Of a stretch of 64,000 nucleotides of DNA, positions 31,113-41,327 are shown piece by piece. The translations under genes were made by a program, and so were the position numbers. Origin of the DNA: Schizochytrium sp. TIO01 (lineage: Eukaryota > Protista > Bigyra: Labyrinthulomycetes). The stretch is taken from contig SMSO01000031.1 of assembly GCA_004764695.1 (NCBI GenBank), forward strand, positions 5,184,436 to 5,248,435, given 5' to 3'. The number at the start of each line of letters is the position of its first letter. Position 1 is the stretch's first letter. The notes below the pieces were generated by a model. The model was not told the DNA's origin and made no database searches. It was given only the letters and a program-made list of their open reading frames with translations.

Positions 31113-31576
31113 TTTGCTAGAGTACTCGCGCATTCCGAGCTACTGTACGCGAGGGTTCCGACGCAAGCACATGCTGCAGCCTGCACTGCTGATTCGCTCG
31201 CTTGCTCTTGCAGAATACCAATCAGTACAGGGCCTAGACGATAGGTGTTTATTGCAGCCTTCGTATATTCACCGGTAGCTTCACGATGAAAGGCGAAATG
31301 AAATATCCAAAGCGCTTCAGAAATCACTTCGGCATCATCGTGTTGCTCTTCCTTTACGATTCGTTGCAAATGAACAAGAATACCCTCTTCACGAACAACT
31401 CTTCTCAGCTGATCATGACCACCTGCGGTCTCAGCAGCTTTGAATTCAGCTTCCAAAGCATTGCGCAGGATTCGTAGTGTTCGTAGCAGATCACTCCGCT
31501 CGCCTCGATCAGCCAGAACTCGAACTAGACCCCGCGCAGTTTCAACATTGACCTCTTCTCGTGGAATTGTGGCCAT
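24686..31576 (-). CDS. Giant armadillo-repeat protein (2296 aa): ~155-aa divergent helical cap followed by 48 highly conserved 44/45-aa ARM repeats
   Basis: Intronless ORF. Repeat consensus DLNVGAEIVAAMRAHLxNxxVQxxACxALxxLA(A)xNDRNxEILGQ has the ARM helix-2/helix-3 pattern. Repeats counted by hand from the translation. Confidence 0.9.
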   Translation of the reverse strand: MATIPREEVNVETARGLVRVLADRGERSDLLRTLRILRNALEAEFKAAETAGGHDQLRRVVREEGILVHLQRIVKEEQHDDAEVISEALWIFHFAFHREATGEYTKAAINTYRLGPVLIGILQEQASESAVQAAACACVGTLAYSSSECASTLAKDLNVGAEIVAAMRAHLTNEDVQKSACGALANLAANNDRNKEILGQHLNVGADIVVAMRAHRTNAGVQERACRALWRLAENNCNREILGQRLDVGAAIVAAMRAHRRNADVQTQAIWALRNLAANNDLNKELLGEDLNVGAEIVAAMRAHRTNAGVQEKVCGLLWSLANNDRNKEILGQGLNVGAEIVVAMRAHRTNAGVQNQACRALWSLADNNYRNCEILGQGLNVGAEIVAAMQAHRTNAGVQNQACRALWMLALNNRNKEILAQSLNVGAEIVAAMRAHRTNADVQERACRALCSLAANNDRNREILGQDLNVGAEIVAAMRAHLMNEDVQNQACAALWVLAANNDRNREILGQDLNVGAEIVAAMRAHLMNEDLQKTAFAALWSLAANNDRNCEILGQDLNVGAEIVAAMRAHLMNEDLQKTACAALWSLAANNDRNREILGQDLNVGAEIVAAMRAHLSNADVQNQACGTLLNLAVNDRNKEILGQDLNVGAEIVAAMRAHLSNAGVQEQACGALGNLAVNDRNREILGQDLNVGAEIVAAMRAHLSNAGVQEQACGALGNLAVNDRNREILGQDLNVGAEIVAAMRAHLSNAGVQKSACVALCSLAVNDRNCEILGQDLNVGAEIVAAMRAHLMNEDVQNQACAALWSLAVNDRNREILGQDLNVGAEIVAAMRAHLTNAGVQKSACVALANLAASNDRNKEILGQDLNVGAEIVAAMRAHLSNAGVQEQACGALGNLAVNDRNREILGQDLNVGAEIVAAMRAHLSNAGVQKSACVALCSLAVNDRNCEILGQDLNVGAEIVAAMRAHLMNEDVQNQACAALWSLAVNDRNREILGQDLNVGAEIVAAMRAHLTNAGVQKSACVALANLAASNDRNKEILGQDLNVGAEIVAAMRAHLTNADVQEQACAALANLAASNDRNKEILGQDLNVGAEIVATMRAHLSNAGVQNQACGVLRNLAVNDRNREILGQDLNVGAEIVAAMRAHLSNAGVQKSACVALCSLAVNDRNREILRQDLNVGAEIFAAMRAHLSNAGVQETACVALCSLAVNDRNWEILGQDLNVGAEIVAAMRAHLMNEDVQNQACGVLRNLAANNDRNREILGQDLNVGAEIVAAMRAHLSNAGVQKTACGALRNLAASNDRNKEILGQDLNVGAEIVAAMRAHLTNADVQEQACAALANLAASNDRNKEILGQDLNVGAEIVATMRAHLSNAGVQEQACGALRNLAANNDRNRQILGQDLNVGAEIVAAMRAHLMNEDVQNQACVALWSLAANNDRNCEILGQDLNVGAEIVAAMRAHLSNAGVQKTACGALRNLAASNDRNKEILGQDLNVGAEIVAAMRAHLTNAGVQERACRALWSLAANNDRNREILGQDLNVGAEIVAAMRAHLSNAGVQKTACGALRNLAASNDRNKEILGQDLNVGAEIVAAMRAHLTNAGVQERACRALWSLATNNDRNCEILGQDLNVGAEIVAAMRAHLSNAGVQEQACRALCSLAVNDRNREILGQDLNVGAEIVAAMRAHLSNADVQNQACGTLLNLAVNDRNKEILGQDLNVGAEIVAAMRAHLSNAGVQEQACRALRNLAVNDRNREILGQDLNVGAEIVAAMRAHLMNEDLQNQACVALWSLAANNDRNCEILGQDLNVGAEIVAAMRAHLSNADVQNQACAALWSLAANNDRNCEILGQDLNVGAEIVAAMRAHLSNAGVQEQACGALLNLGLNDRNREILGRDLNVGAEIVAAMRAHLTNAGVQKTACAALWSLAANNDRNREILGQDLNVGAEIVAAMRAHLSNAGVQERACRALWRLAANNDRNRETLGQDLNVGAEIVAAMRAHLTNAGVQEQACGTLLNLGLNDRNREILGRDLNVGAEIVAAMRAHLTNADVQEKSCGALANLVSSNDRNKEILGQDLNVGADIVVAMRAHRTNAGVQERACMALWSLAANNDRNRETLGQDLNVGAEIVAAMRAHLSNADVQEKSCGALAILAASNNRNKEILGQDLNVGAVIVVAMRAHRTNAGVQERACRALWSLAANNDRNRETLGQDLNVGVEIVAAMRAHLSNADVQEKSCGALANLAASNDRNKEILGQHLNVGAEIVVAMRVHQTNEDLQNQACAVLRNLGLNNRNKRSWDKI

Positions 31577-32682
31577 CTCAGGCTCTTGGGTTTCTCGCAG
31601 TGCACTAATAAACTCTTGTCGCGCTCGTCGCTGGCTGCGCGTCCCAGCACGACCCTATATCTGTGAGGCTGATGTCAGGATGGTCTTTGAGCAATACAAG
31701 TATGGTTTCACGACCTTGGTCAGTCTGAACATCCTGTGCAACAGGATGTACCTGCTAACTACTGACTGCCTAAGCAGAAAGGGAAATGAATCAACACAAC
31801 GCATTGCCTTTGAGAGCCTTAGAGGGATGCCCTGTTGACTTGCACATGACAATCCATTGGCCAATCCATTTACATGGTACTCCACCTGCACAGTAGTTCG
31901 TTTGGAAGTGAGTGACCCTTTAGGGAATAATGGCAACGAGGCAAGTCACAAGATGAGTTTGCAAGGCTATCAGACAGCAGATCCAAATCAACCCGAATCG
32001 ATCCAGGTCGATTCAACTAGCTACCCAAGCCAAGCACCAGCACGAGCTTTAACAACAACCAAACACAACAGTCTCCGACAATCTTCAACCATCTCTAAGC
32101 AATCATAAACGTGTCATTCAGTTTGTCAGCCATGACTGATTGTCATGACTAAGTGGACTGCCTAATGATGGGATGGACTACTATGGTTACTCATAATTGC
32201 CACTTATGGCGTTTGTTTTTTTTCAAATAAAGAAAATATTCAAATTAGTCCACTCTCAATATGGTTTCTCACTGATAGGAGTAGAGACTGCTAGAAGTAA
32301 TGCATGCAAGATTTTATGTTTCAGAGTAATCTATGGTAACGCTATTTAGTACGTTATAATTTAGGATGTTTCACAATATTTAAATTTGCGTTCCGCAGGT
32401 CTAACCGCGGGTCTCTCTAACTTCGCAAACTTTGTTGTTAAACAGGAAAACTCGCGCTCGCGCTGTCCGGAAGGCCCCTCTCGGCCTCTGTGCGCAGGTT
32501 TCGTGGAGCTAACTCCGCCAAAACTGCGTCGCAAGTTTTGCTTGAGCGGAAAAGTGCTAGGTTTTCAACGAACCTGACGCGGTTTGAGGGTTTCTGGCGC
32601 ATTGCGATCGAAAGCGAGACTATACAGTTGTGGACTTTCCGAAGCTTGAGCTGTACCAAGGACCAGCCCCAAAACTCTCAAG

Positions 32683-34944
32683 ATGGCAACAGCGTGGGAC
32701 GATGTGCCTGCATTCTACTCAAACCAGAACCTCGGAGGTGAGGACCGCGAGGCCAATCCTAATGCCGAGAAGCGTATTAAGGGTAGGTTTCGAGAGTTCA
32801 TTCGCAACTACCGTGAGGCCTCGACACAGGTTTTCCCATACCGTGTGCAACTGTTAGAAAGATTCCGTCGTGGAGAGTTTAAGCTTGTTGTGGAGCTTGA
32901 ACATTTGAACAATTATGATGAAGAACTTCTAGATTTGTTGCTGCAAAGACCCACGCAGTACCTCGCGATTTTCGAGGATGCTGCAAAACAAGCCCTTGTC
33001 CAGACCATGCCTGGCCACTCAGAGGAGCGCGACGGGGAGATTCCCGATATCCAGGTGCTACTTTCTAGTCAACAAAAACCTACGCCGTTGCGGACTGTGT
33101 CCGCTAATGACATGAACAGACTTCTCATGGTGCCTGGCATTGTTACCCATGCGTCCAGAGTGTCAGCACGGGCTGTAGAGCTCAAATTTATCTGCACATC
33201 GTGCCGGCACATCAAGACAGTTCCATGTGCAAACTTTCTGAAACCACCCAAAGCCCCACGCAACTGTACAATGGAGACCTGCGAAAACAAACAAGACTCC
33301 TACAAAGTTCTTCCGGACCAGAACAAATACGTCGACTCTCAATGGCTCAAGCTGCAAGAAGCACCTGAGGCTGTTCCTACGGGTGAAATGCCACGTAGCA
33401 TCAATCTTGCCGTGACGCGGAATCTGGTAGACCAGGTATCCCCAGGTATGCGTATCAAAGTCATGGGCATTTCGTCGGTTCGTCAAGCATCTGGCGGCAA
33501 GAGTGCCAAGGGTGGCTCACGCATGCCCTCATCAGTCAAGGACGGCTTCCTTACAGTGGTTGGAATTGAAGTTATGGATGACGAGTCTGGTCGCTCTTCT
33601 TCTCTGTTTACCCCAGAAGAGGAGCAAACCTTCCATAATATGGCGAGATCTCGGGACATCTACGGCCGCGTCGCACGCTCCATTGCACCAGCTATCTCTG
33701 GTGACTATACGCATGACATAAAAAAGGCTATTGCATGCCTTCTTTTTGGTGGCTCGCGTCGAATCTTACCCGATGGAATGAAATTGCGCGGTGACATCAA
33801 CGTACTCATGCTTGGTGATCCGTCAACTGCAAAGTCACAGTTTCTAAAGTTCGTCGAAAAGGTTGCACCTGTTGGCGTGTACACCTCTGGCAAAGGTTCT
33901 TCTGCAGCTGGTCTTACAGCTAACGTTATCAAGGACTCCCGCGGAGAATTCTTCCTTGAAGGTGGTGCAATGGTTCTAGCTGATGGTGGTGTAGTATGCA
34001 TTGACGAATTTGATAAGATGCGTGAGCAAGACCGCGTGGCTATTCATGAGGCCATGGAACAGCAGACTATTTCCGTAGCAAAAGCAGGTATCACAACAGT
34101 TCTTAACTCACGTTCCTCTGTTCTTGCAGCTGCTAACCCAGTGTTTGGTACATATGATGACATGAAATCAGCTGCCGAAAACATTGACTTTCTCCCAACC
34201 ATTCTTTCTCGTTTTGATCTTATCTTCATTGTACGTGATATTCGCGATGAGGTAAAGGATCGACAGATTGCTCGACATGTTATTGGAGTGCATGTGGATG
34301 CTTCTACCGCAGTCAGCAACTTCGATCGGGACCATGGGTCTTCAGATACTGTTGGTACGGAGGAAGAGCGAACTCAGGGCGAGATTGATCTCTTGATGAT
34401 GAAGAAATACATCAAGTACTGTCGCCTCAAGTGTGCTCCTGTTCTCTCGACAGCAGCCGCTGAGCTTCTGCGTAACAACTACGTAGGTATTCGTGAGGAC
34501 CACCGTAAGCGTCAGCGCGAGGGGCCTGCAGCAAGCGGAGGCAATGCTACTGTGCCGATTACTATCCGTCAGCTAGAGGCTGTTGTTCGTATTGCAGAGT
34601 CCCTAGCCAAGATGGAGCTCGCTTTTGAAGCTACGCCTGCGCATGTTACTGAGGCAATCCGCCTTTTCAAGGTTTCAACTCTTAATGCTGCAAATAATGG
34701 AGCTGCGCCTGGAGACCTGTCCTCTCTCGGACGCGATCAAGTTCGTGAGGTACAGGCGGTGGAAGACCAGATTAAACGCCGCGTCCCAATCGGGTCTACT
34801 GTCCCCCAAAGAAAACTAATCGACGAGTTTGTTTCGTTGCAGGGCTATAGTCAGTTTGCTGTGCGCAAGGCCCTCCAGATTATGCTTGAGCGTGGTGAAA
34901 TCAAACATGCCTCACAACAGAAACTTGTACGCCGTGTCAGGTAG
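32683..34944 (+). CDS. MCM5: DNA replication licensing factor MCM5
   Basis: LRGDINVLMLGDPSTAKSQFLK, YTSGKGSSAAGLTA, VCIDEFDKM, AIHEAMEQQTISVAKAGI, ENIDFLPTILSRFD, PITIRQLEA; zinc-finger cysteines CTSC...C...C. Confidence 0.96.
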   Translation: MATAWDDVPAFYSNQNLGGEDREANPNAEKRIKGRFREFIRNYREASTQVFPYRVQLLERFRRGEFKLVVELEHLNNYDEELLDLLLQRPTQYLAIFEDAAKQALVQTMPGHSEERDGEIPDIQVLLSSQQKPTPLRTVSANDMNRLLMVPGIVTHASRVSARAVELKFICTSCRHIKTVPCANFLKPPKAPRNCTMETCENKQDSYKVLPDQNKYVDSQWLKLQEAPEAVPTGEMPRSINLAVTRNLVDQVSPGMRIKVMGISSVRQASGGKSAKGGSRMPSSVKDGFLTVVGIEVMDDESGRSSSLFTPEEEQTFHNMARSRDIYGRVARSIAPAISGDYTHDIKKAIACLLFGGSRRILPDGMKLRGDINVLMLGDPSTAKSQFLKFVEKVAPVGVYTSGKGSSAAGLTANVIKDSRGEFFLEGGAMVLADGGVVCIDEFDKMREQDRVAIHEAMEQQTISVAKAGITTVLNSRSSVLAAANPVFGTYDDMKSAAENIDFLPTILSRFDLIFIVRDIRDEVKDRQIARHVIGVHVDASTAVSNFDRDHGSSDTVGTEEERTQGEIDLLMMKKYIKYCRLKCAPVLSTAAAELLRNNYVGIREDHRKRQREGPAASGGNATVPITIRQLEAVVRIAESLAKMELAFEATPAHVTEAIRLFKVSTLNAANNGAAPGDLSSLGRDQVREVQAVEDQIKRRVPIGSTVPQRKLIDEFVSLQGYSQFAVRKALQIMLERGEIKHASQQKLVRRVR

Positions 34945-35927
34945 ACAAGACAAGCGCTTGTAGTTTTTCAACAAGCCCTTACAAATTTGATCTAGCAGGT
35001 CCATTAACACGCCTTTCGAAGCAAGACTTGCTATTCTTACAACTCTCTCTCTCTTCCATTTGCTCAATTCATGCATAAGACGACCTGTACGAAACCTCTA
35101 CTAACAAAAGTTCGCACGCAAGCTTCTTTTAACGCTAACATATGCTTGGGACTGCTTCTAAACATTACTTCTCAAGTGTTCAATATCCCAGTCAAACATG
35201 CGCGGGCAAACATTATGGCCAAACTTTGTCTTCTCTTCTACTCTCTCCCATGTACTGCTGCATGAGCATGCAAAACCTTACTTAGATTTTAAAAGGTCGT
35301 TCGCGACATACATATGTGAAACAGAATTTCAAAACGAAACTTAAACGTTCATCTGAACTGTGTCTTATTTTATCACGCAAGAAGATATTGAATTTTAAAA
35401 CAACAACTCTAAGGGAGGAATGAAAGTTGTAATTTGTCTCCAATCGGTTGGAACCAGGCGAATCAAAATACAAAACCAGGCTGACCAAGTGCTACTACAT
35501 ACCAACCACAGCGCACTGCGCTTTGCTATGCATTGCTACATGAAAATGTAGCATCGAATCCACGCATGCTGGTGTAACAAGGAATGGACCAGGTAAAATA
35601 TTTCTAGGCAAATATATATGTGCCAACAGTCCAAACACACAGGGCTAGTTTGATGTTGGTCAGAAAAAAGCCAAGTCCCCAAGTTCGAATCGTGACTTCT
35701 CTCTCGATAACAGCTTATATATTGACAAACAAGATTGTTTCGGTAAAATTTAAACAGAAGCACTATATTGCAACTTGTATCACATGCGTGGGTTAGGAGA
35801 GACAAAGTATTCCTTACGAAAAGTGTCGCAAGAAGAGTCTACCTGCAGTATGAGAGCACACTTGCAGGCAAGCAGGAAGGAAGGCTATGGGATTCAACAG
35901 AATCAGGCAAAATTGGGAATCAACCTT

Positions 35928-37055
35928 TTACAACACAGTAAGCGGCTGCATAAAGTTACCTTCAATCAAAGAGCACAGAATGCCACCCATGAACATACCG
36001 CAGACAGAGACAACGGATCCAGCCGAGAGAGTGGCCATACCGCTAATTCCATGTCCACTAGCGCATCCACCGGCAAATCTAGCGCCGAGAAGCATCACCA
36101 CACCACCAATAAAGGCGCGTACAGGTCCACCGCAGCCGTTAGCAGCCAGGGATGTCAAGTCAGGCTCACCAGCAAGGTAGTTGGAGAGAGCTGCACCAAA
36201 CATGATACCAAGCCCTGAAAACACCTGGAAAGCATCATACTTGTCATTTAAAGAGCGGTGCAGGTAAGGGCTGTTGATATGGAGATTGGAATCAATAAAG
36301 CTGGTTACCTGGCTAGCAATCTTCACATAGCCACTGCTTTGTCCGATCGCGTAGCCAGTAAAGAGCTTCACAGGGAGTTGCAACATACCAAGCAAAAAGC
36401 CGCAGACCATTGGGTCCCAGCTCTTGGCAGTGAGATCAAAGAGGGGGCGACCGTGGTCCGGTTTGGCGATGAGTTGAGCTTGGCCATCCTCCCAGGGCAT
36501 GTACTTGTCAAAAGCAACGAGACCACCGAGGCAGACAGCTAAGAATCCGACAGAGGCAACCTCGAAGGGAACACCAAGCTTTAGGGCGAGGTCAGAGGTA
36601 GCAGGCTCATGGCGAACGTGAAATTTTTCGTTGCTAGCGCGAATGTGCTTGTCCATGTATCCAAAGAGAACCGTACCTACAATGCCACCCACAAACGTCA
36701 GCCAAGCATAAGGTACGTTTGCACCAAGCATTGCAAACACAGTTCCGGGGCATGCACCCGAGAGGTAAAGTCCAACGCCGAGCACCATGCCACCTACAAG
36801 GTTAGCTCCATAGCCGCCGAAGAGGTTAAATCCGAGTGCAAGACCGCCCTTTGAGGAGCGCTCCTTGATCCCAAGTTTATGCAGCGCGAGAATTACCAAA
36901 GCACTCGCACTGGAGGCAGCCAAAAACATTCGCATCATAGTGAAGTTGGTCATGTTCATCTGCGTGATGATGCTTGCCGGGATGTTATTGTGGGCCTTGT
37001 CCAGCACCAGTCCAAAGACTGAGCCCACGCCAAAGGCAAGAACAGGTTCAAACAT
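35928..37055 (-). CDS. YeeE/YedE-family (TsuA-like) sulfur/thiosulfate transport membrane protein
   Basis: Multi-TM and Gly-rich, with two family motifs: GGMVLGVGLYLSGACPGT and GGVVMLLGARFAGGCASGHGISG. Likely ATG at 37055; a splice acceptor lies at 37095, so an upstream exon is possible. Confidence 0.85.
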   Translation of the reverse strand: MFEPVLAFGVGSVFGLVLDKAHNNIPASIITQMNMTNFTMMRMFLAASSASALVILALHKLGIKERSSKGGLALGFNLFGGYGANLVGGMVLGVGLYLSGACPGTVFAMLGANVPYAWLTFVGGIVGTVLFGYMDKHIRASNEKFHVRHEPATSDLALKLGVPFEVASVGFLAVCLGGLVAFDKYMPWEDGQAQLIAKPDHGRPLFDLTAKSWDPMVCGFLLGMLQLPVKLFTGYAIGQSSGYVKIASQVTSFIDSNLHINSPYLHRSLNDKYDAFQVFSGLGIMFGAALSNYLAGEPDLTSLAANGCGGPVRAFIGGVVMLLGARFAGGCASGHGISGMATLSAGSVVSVCGMFMGGILCSLIEGNFMQPLTVL

Positions 37056-37752
37056 GATTTCTAAGACTTCAGTCAGGCACCCTTCAACGTTCACCTACAA
37101 CAACCGTGTACGCACAGACACACGCACGTACGCACGCACGCACGCAGGCAGACAGGTATGTATGTATGTATTCCTGCAAGTCGTGGTCGTTCTTGAGTTG
37201 AGGTTTTGCTTGCCTGTTTGTATGTTTGCTTCAATCCTCAATGATCTTTCGCGATCATCACCAAGAACTGTACTACGTAACCCTCAGTATTATTCTCCAT
37301 AAAAATTCCATCAATCATCGTTCACTTCGCCAAAAGAAATACCCCTTCCTACGATAAAGGTTAGGCGGCATCTAGCACCCCTCCGGAGAAGTTGTCCGGG
37401 CCTTTTCCACGCAAAAGATATACATAAATACATACATTGATCTCCATTTCCTTCTGCCAATACTTTCAACCCTCGAATCGATCAAATCGCTCGTTCTCAG
37501 GGTCAGTCGCCCGCCATGGCCAGCCGCCGCCACACACCTCGTGAGTTTCACAGCTCCGGAGAGCGCTTTCAGCAGTTGGTGCGGTCTTGCCTTTAATCCG
37601 AGTCGCCGAGCCCGAGTTTGATTGGCTTCCTCGCGAATGGATATGGATTGATTGATTTATTGATTGATTTATTGAATGATTGATTGATTGATTGATTGAA
37701 GCCAGCGAAGACGAAGCAATAATTGGCACGCGACGAGTGAGAAGAAGAAGAA

Positions 37753-37784
<32 letters not shown>

Positions 37785-39675
37785 AGAGCAACAGGAGCAA
37801 CGAGAGACAGCAAGCAAGCAGCAGCTTGAGCTCGCGTGTTTGGCCCGTGAGGTCGTTTGGCAACCAACTTCTTTCGGGATAGATGCCATGAGATTGCTTT
37901 TGATCAGTTCTGCACTTATCGCAGAGCAATAATATTAATGGCCTTGCTTTACTTTATTTGTTTATTTGCTTTATTTTTTGTAGTTTATAATTAAGATAAT
38001 AAATTGAAAATAGAATATGATTATAACTATGATTATAAATATACAAATCGATGTGGTTCAAGCTGAGAATATCATGTAAACGATGAACAGATTCCTGCAT
38101 GAAGAGGGACTATAAAGGCTGAAGATACGAGGGACCTAATGGCTGCGAGTCCTGGAGACCTGGAGACCTGGAGACCCTCGCGTTGACCCTCCCGTGACAG
38201 GGACTGAGGGTGAACTGCAGCACTTCTGACCGCCTAAGTAGCAAGTTTTGCTTCAAGGAAAAGGCTTTTTGTAATAAATCGATTACAATTTTACAAAAGA
38301 TCGATTGATTCACGGATGATGATCATTGCTTATTATTTCTCTTTTCTCTTTTCTCTTTTTCTTTGTATATATCAGCATTACACGGCATTTAGAGAAGGAC
38401 TGCTTTACCCCGGCCCCGCAGCGAGGCCACTTCGACCCCACAGCTTGCACTTGATGCGGAGGTGAAAACCAAATTCATCCCCTCAGGTCCCAATTGATAG
38501 GGAGCCGCCTATCGTAAAGTGTAGAAGCTACCCCAGGGGAAGCTGTGTCCGAGCTGCGGGGGAAAGAGAGGACTTTCCAACACTGGTCATCAATCGAGAC
38601 AGCTTCAAGAAGAACTTGTCATGGAGTAGGTTGAAGATGGGCAGCATAGCTCAGGCACATGCCTACGCAGAAGACATAGATCAGAACTCTCCCATTTGTA
38701 GGCATCTATCGATGAAAATCGGCCCCAAATGGCTTTGGATTAGGCTTTGTTGTGGCAATAGGATGAAAGCTTGGGGAAAGAAAGTCGGGTCAAATTTGGG
38801 TCGCGCGCACGTCGCACGGAGACGGATGAGCCATTTGTCCGGTAAACCCCTTTTCGTTTTTTTAATACCTTGATGCCTCCCTACTACTACTGCTACTTTC
38901 ATCTAGGTGAGCAAAGGCGTTCGTTTCGCTGGGAAGGACTTGACATTGCCGTTGTGCTGTTGCTATAGCACCTTCTGTTTTGACCCCTTCTGCTTAGAAA
39001 GCTCAGGGGTCGTGCTGAGTTGGTGTATATATTTTTGCATGACATCTTGCCTTTCTTTTTTTGATAAGTTACCAGTGGGTTATTTTAGAGAGTGGAATCG
39101 AACACGGCGTCTTAAAGCTCAAGACCCAATTGATTTTTGTCTTTTTGCATATGCGGAAAAAAGTGTTTTTACTCCCTTGTGCTGTACCAGAAGATCACAG
39201 AAATACTGCTAATCGATGATTTCTTTCACAAATGCGCCAAGTTGAAAGTCTTGCGGCGCGCAGAATTTAATTCCAGGCATACACGAGAAGAACACGCAAC
39301 TGCCAGGATTACAAATTAAGCTATATGGAATAATCTTCTACCACATGACAGATAGCAAAGATCATTTGGGGCTGTGGAGATATTTTGTGTTCGCCAAGTA
39401 CAATAATAGATAGGTTTAGGGCAGCAAACAAACAAAGGCGTAAGCTGGGAACACGAGTTCGTTCAGTCGAGAACACACTATGCAGAATCAGAACTTTGGA
39501 CAAACGACACCATGCAGAACCAGTCCAAAGATATAGAATACGCTGAATGACGGCGTTCATCGTGGCTAGATCGTGAGCGCTGATACAGGCTTCACCAAGG
39601 CCGTGCCTCGCACCGAGGAGGCCGCTGGAGCGTCTCGACCAAAGGATATAATCGTACAGTAAAAGTGGTTTCGAC

Positions 39676-40743
39676 ATGTACCGACTCTGCGTGGCAGAGG
39701 CAAGGCTGGCAGCACAAGAAGCTGAGGAAGCGCGTGCAGCTGCGCAGGATGAAACTGCACGTGCCGAAGTTTGTTTTGAAGCATACGGGCGCGATCCATT
39801 GGAGCTTGCCAAGCGAGCTCGCCGCAGAGCAAATCAATGGGTGTTACGGCAGCGATCTGATAAGTCTTTTATGCAAGACCTTGCGCCTCTATGCAATGTT
39901 GATGCCATTCCTACAGAGGGAGGCTTCCGCGTTGTGGAGAAGTTAAAGCACAAAGGCCCTCAATTTATCTCGTCTTTTCATGCATCCACAGCACGGGCAT
40001 TTTATCGAGGTGGAGGCGAACTTGATGAACAACGTTCGAAACCTCTGCGCAAAGCTTATGAGAAAATTTTGTCAAAAAGTTTGGACTTGCCACCCGCACC
40101 TCTTGACGAAGCTCCCTCACGACACATTGTCCATCACTCATTTCGCGATCGTGATGCTGAAAAAGATGTGGCTGGCCTTTGGAAGGCAAGCCCACCCTCA
40201 GAGATTGAACCAGCTATCTCGCAATTCAGTCCCCGTAAGCATCCTTCGCATTTCTTCAAATCTGATCTCCGCCCTGAAGGCGCACCATTCAGTACTTCTG
40301 TAGATTTTAACCTGTACTCTCGCCCAGGTGCAACAAATGCGTATGAACGCCGCGTTATCCCAGGCTCAGATCGACGTCGGCTTTGCCGGCGCCTCTCCTC
40401 CTCCCAAGGCTCGGATCTAACCAGCTCTACCTCAGATCTACCACGTTCAACATCGTCCATGTCACTTCACCAATCTGAGTTCTCAGGACTGCTACAAGTG
40501 CATGATAACCAGAGCCAACAGCGAATGGAAGAGGCCCGCAATATTCCACGACCCTCAACCTCTCAGTCCATATTGCGCCGATCTTCATCGTCGCTTCAGG
40601 CTCCGTTCAGTAGCTCCTTTCCACGTCGTCGCTTGAGCGAACTTGAAGTTCGACCTCGAACTTCGCCAACCCCACTTTCTGCTCAGCGAGACCGTAAGTA
40701 CTCAGTTACAATTCGCTCGTTGGATCTACCTTCATCTCGTTGA
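39676..40743 (+). CDS. Hypothetical protein (355 aa) with N-terminal coiled coil and S/R-rich tail
   Basis: 1068-bp ATG-initiated ORF followed by an AT-rich 3' region. No family recognised; 5' end uncertain. Confidence 0.6.
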   Translation: MYRLCVAEARLAAQEAEEARAAAQDETARAEVCFEAYGRDPLELAKRARRRANQWVLRQRSDKSFMQDLAPLCNVDAIPTEGGFRVVEKLKHKGPQFISSFHASTARAFYRGGGELDEQRSKPLRKAYEKILSKSLDLPPAPLDEAPSRHIVHHSFRDRDAEKDVAGLWKASPPSEIEPAISQFSPRKHPSHFFKSDLRPEGAPFSTSVDFNLYSRPGATNAYERRVIPGSDRRRLCRRLSSSQGSDLTSSTSDLPRSTSSMSLHQSEFSGLLQVHDNQSQQRMEEARNIPRPSTSQSILRRSSSSLQAPFSSSFPRRRLSELEVRPRTSPTPLSAQRDRKYSVTIRSLDLPSSR

Positions 40744-41327
40744 AATAAATCTTCATCATTGCTCTTTAATAAATCCTCAAACATCTTCAAAAAAATTTCC
40801 TGGCATGTACATATTTATTTCGTAGAACAAGGTTTTGTCCTTTTTCTTTGTCTCAGCCTCCACACTTCAAGCAATCGAGGTTCACAAGTTTATATCGCCA
40901 ATATTCTGTCCATATGTCAATATTTGCCTTTTCTTGTTTTTAAATCTGAAAAAAAAAAAAAAGATGAATAGAATAAAAGACAAAAGTACTCTTTGCACTG
41001 CATTCAACACAAGATTCTACTGTGTAGATATAAAGAAAAGGATAGTTCAAGAACACAAACGCACATATCATATGTCCAGTTGTTTTCCCTCGAGAGTTCA
41101 TTTCTTTTCTTTTATATTTTACAGCATTTTACACAAGTGTTCACTAAAATTATTGCGAATGAAGAAAAGATTAATGAGAGATTAAACTATGCAAGGAATC
41201 GAATAGTGCAAGCAGACAACAGAAAAAAACAAAACATAGGACTAGGGCGAGAAAGTAGTAAAGATTGGTCACAAAGGAAGAGTCAATGTATGGAAAAAGT
41301 TAAGAGAAGATGAGCAGACAGGTGTGC

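Noticed and set aside
24686-31576. TALE, PPR or ankyrin assignment
   Set aside because: Unit length (44-45 aa) and the helix-3 pattern fit armadillo repeats; the signature motifs of those families are absent.
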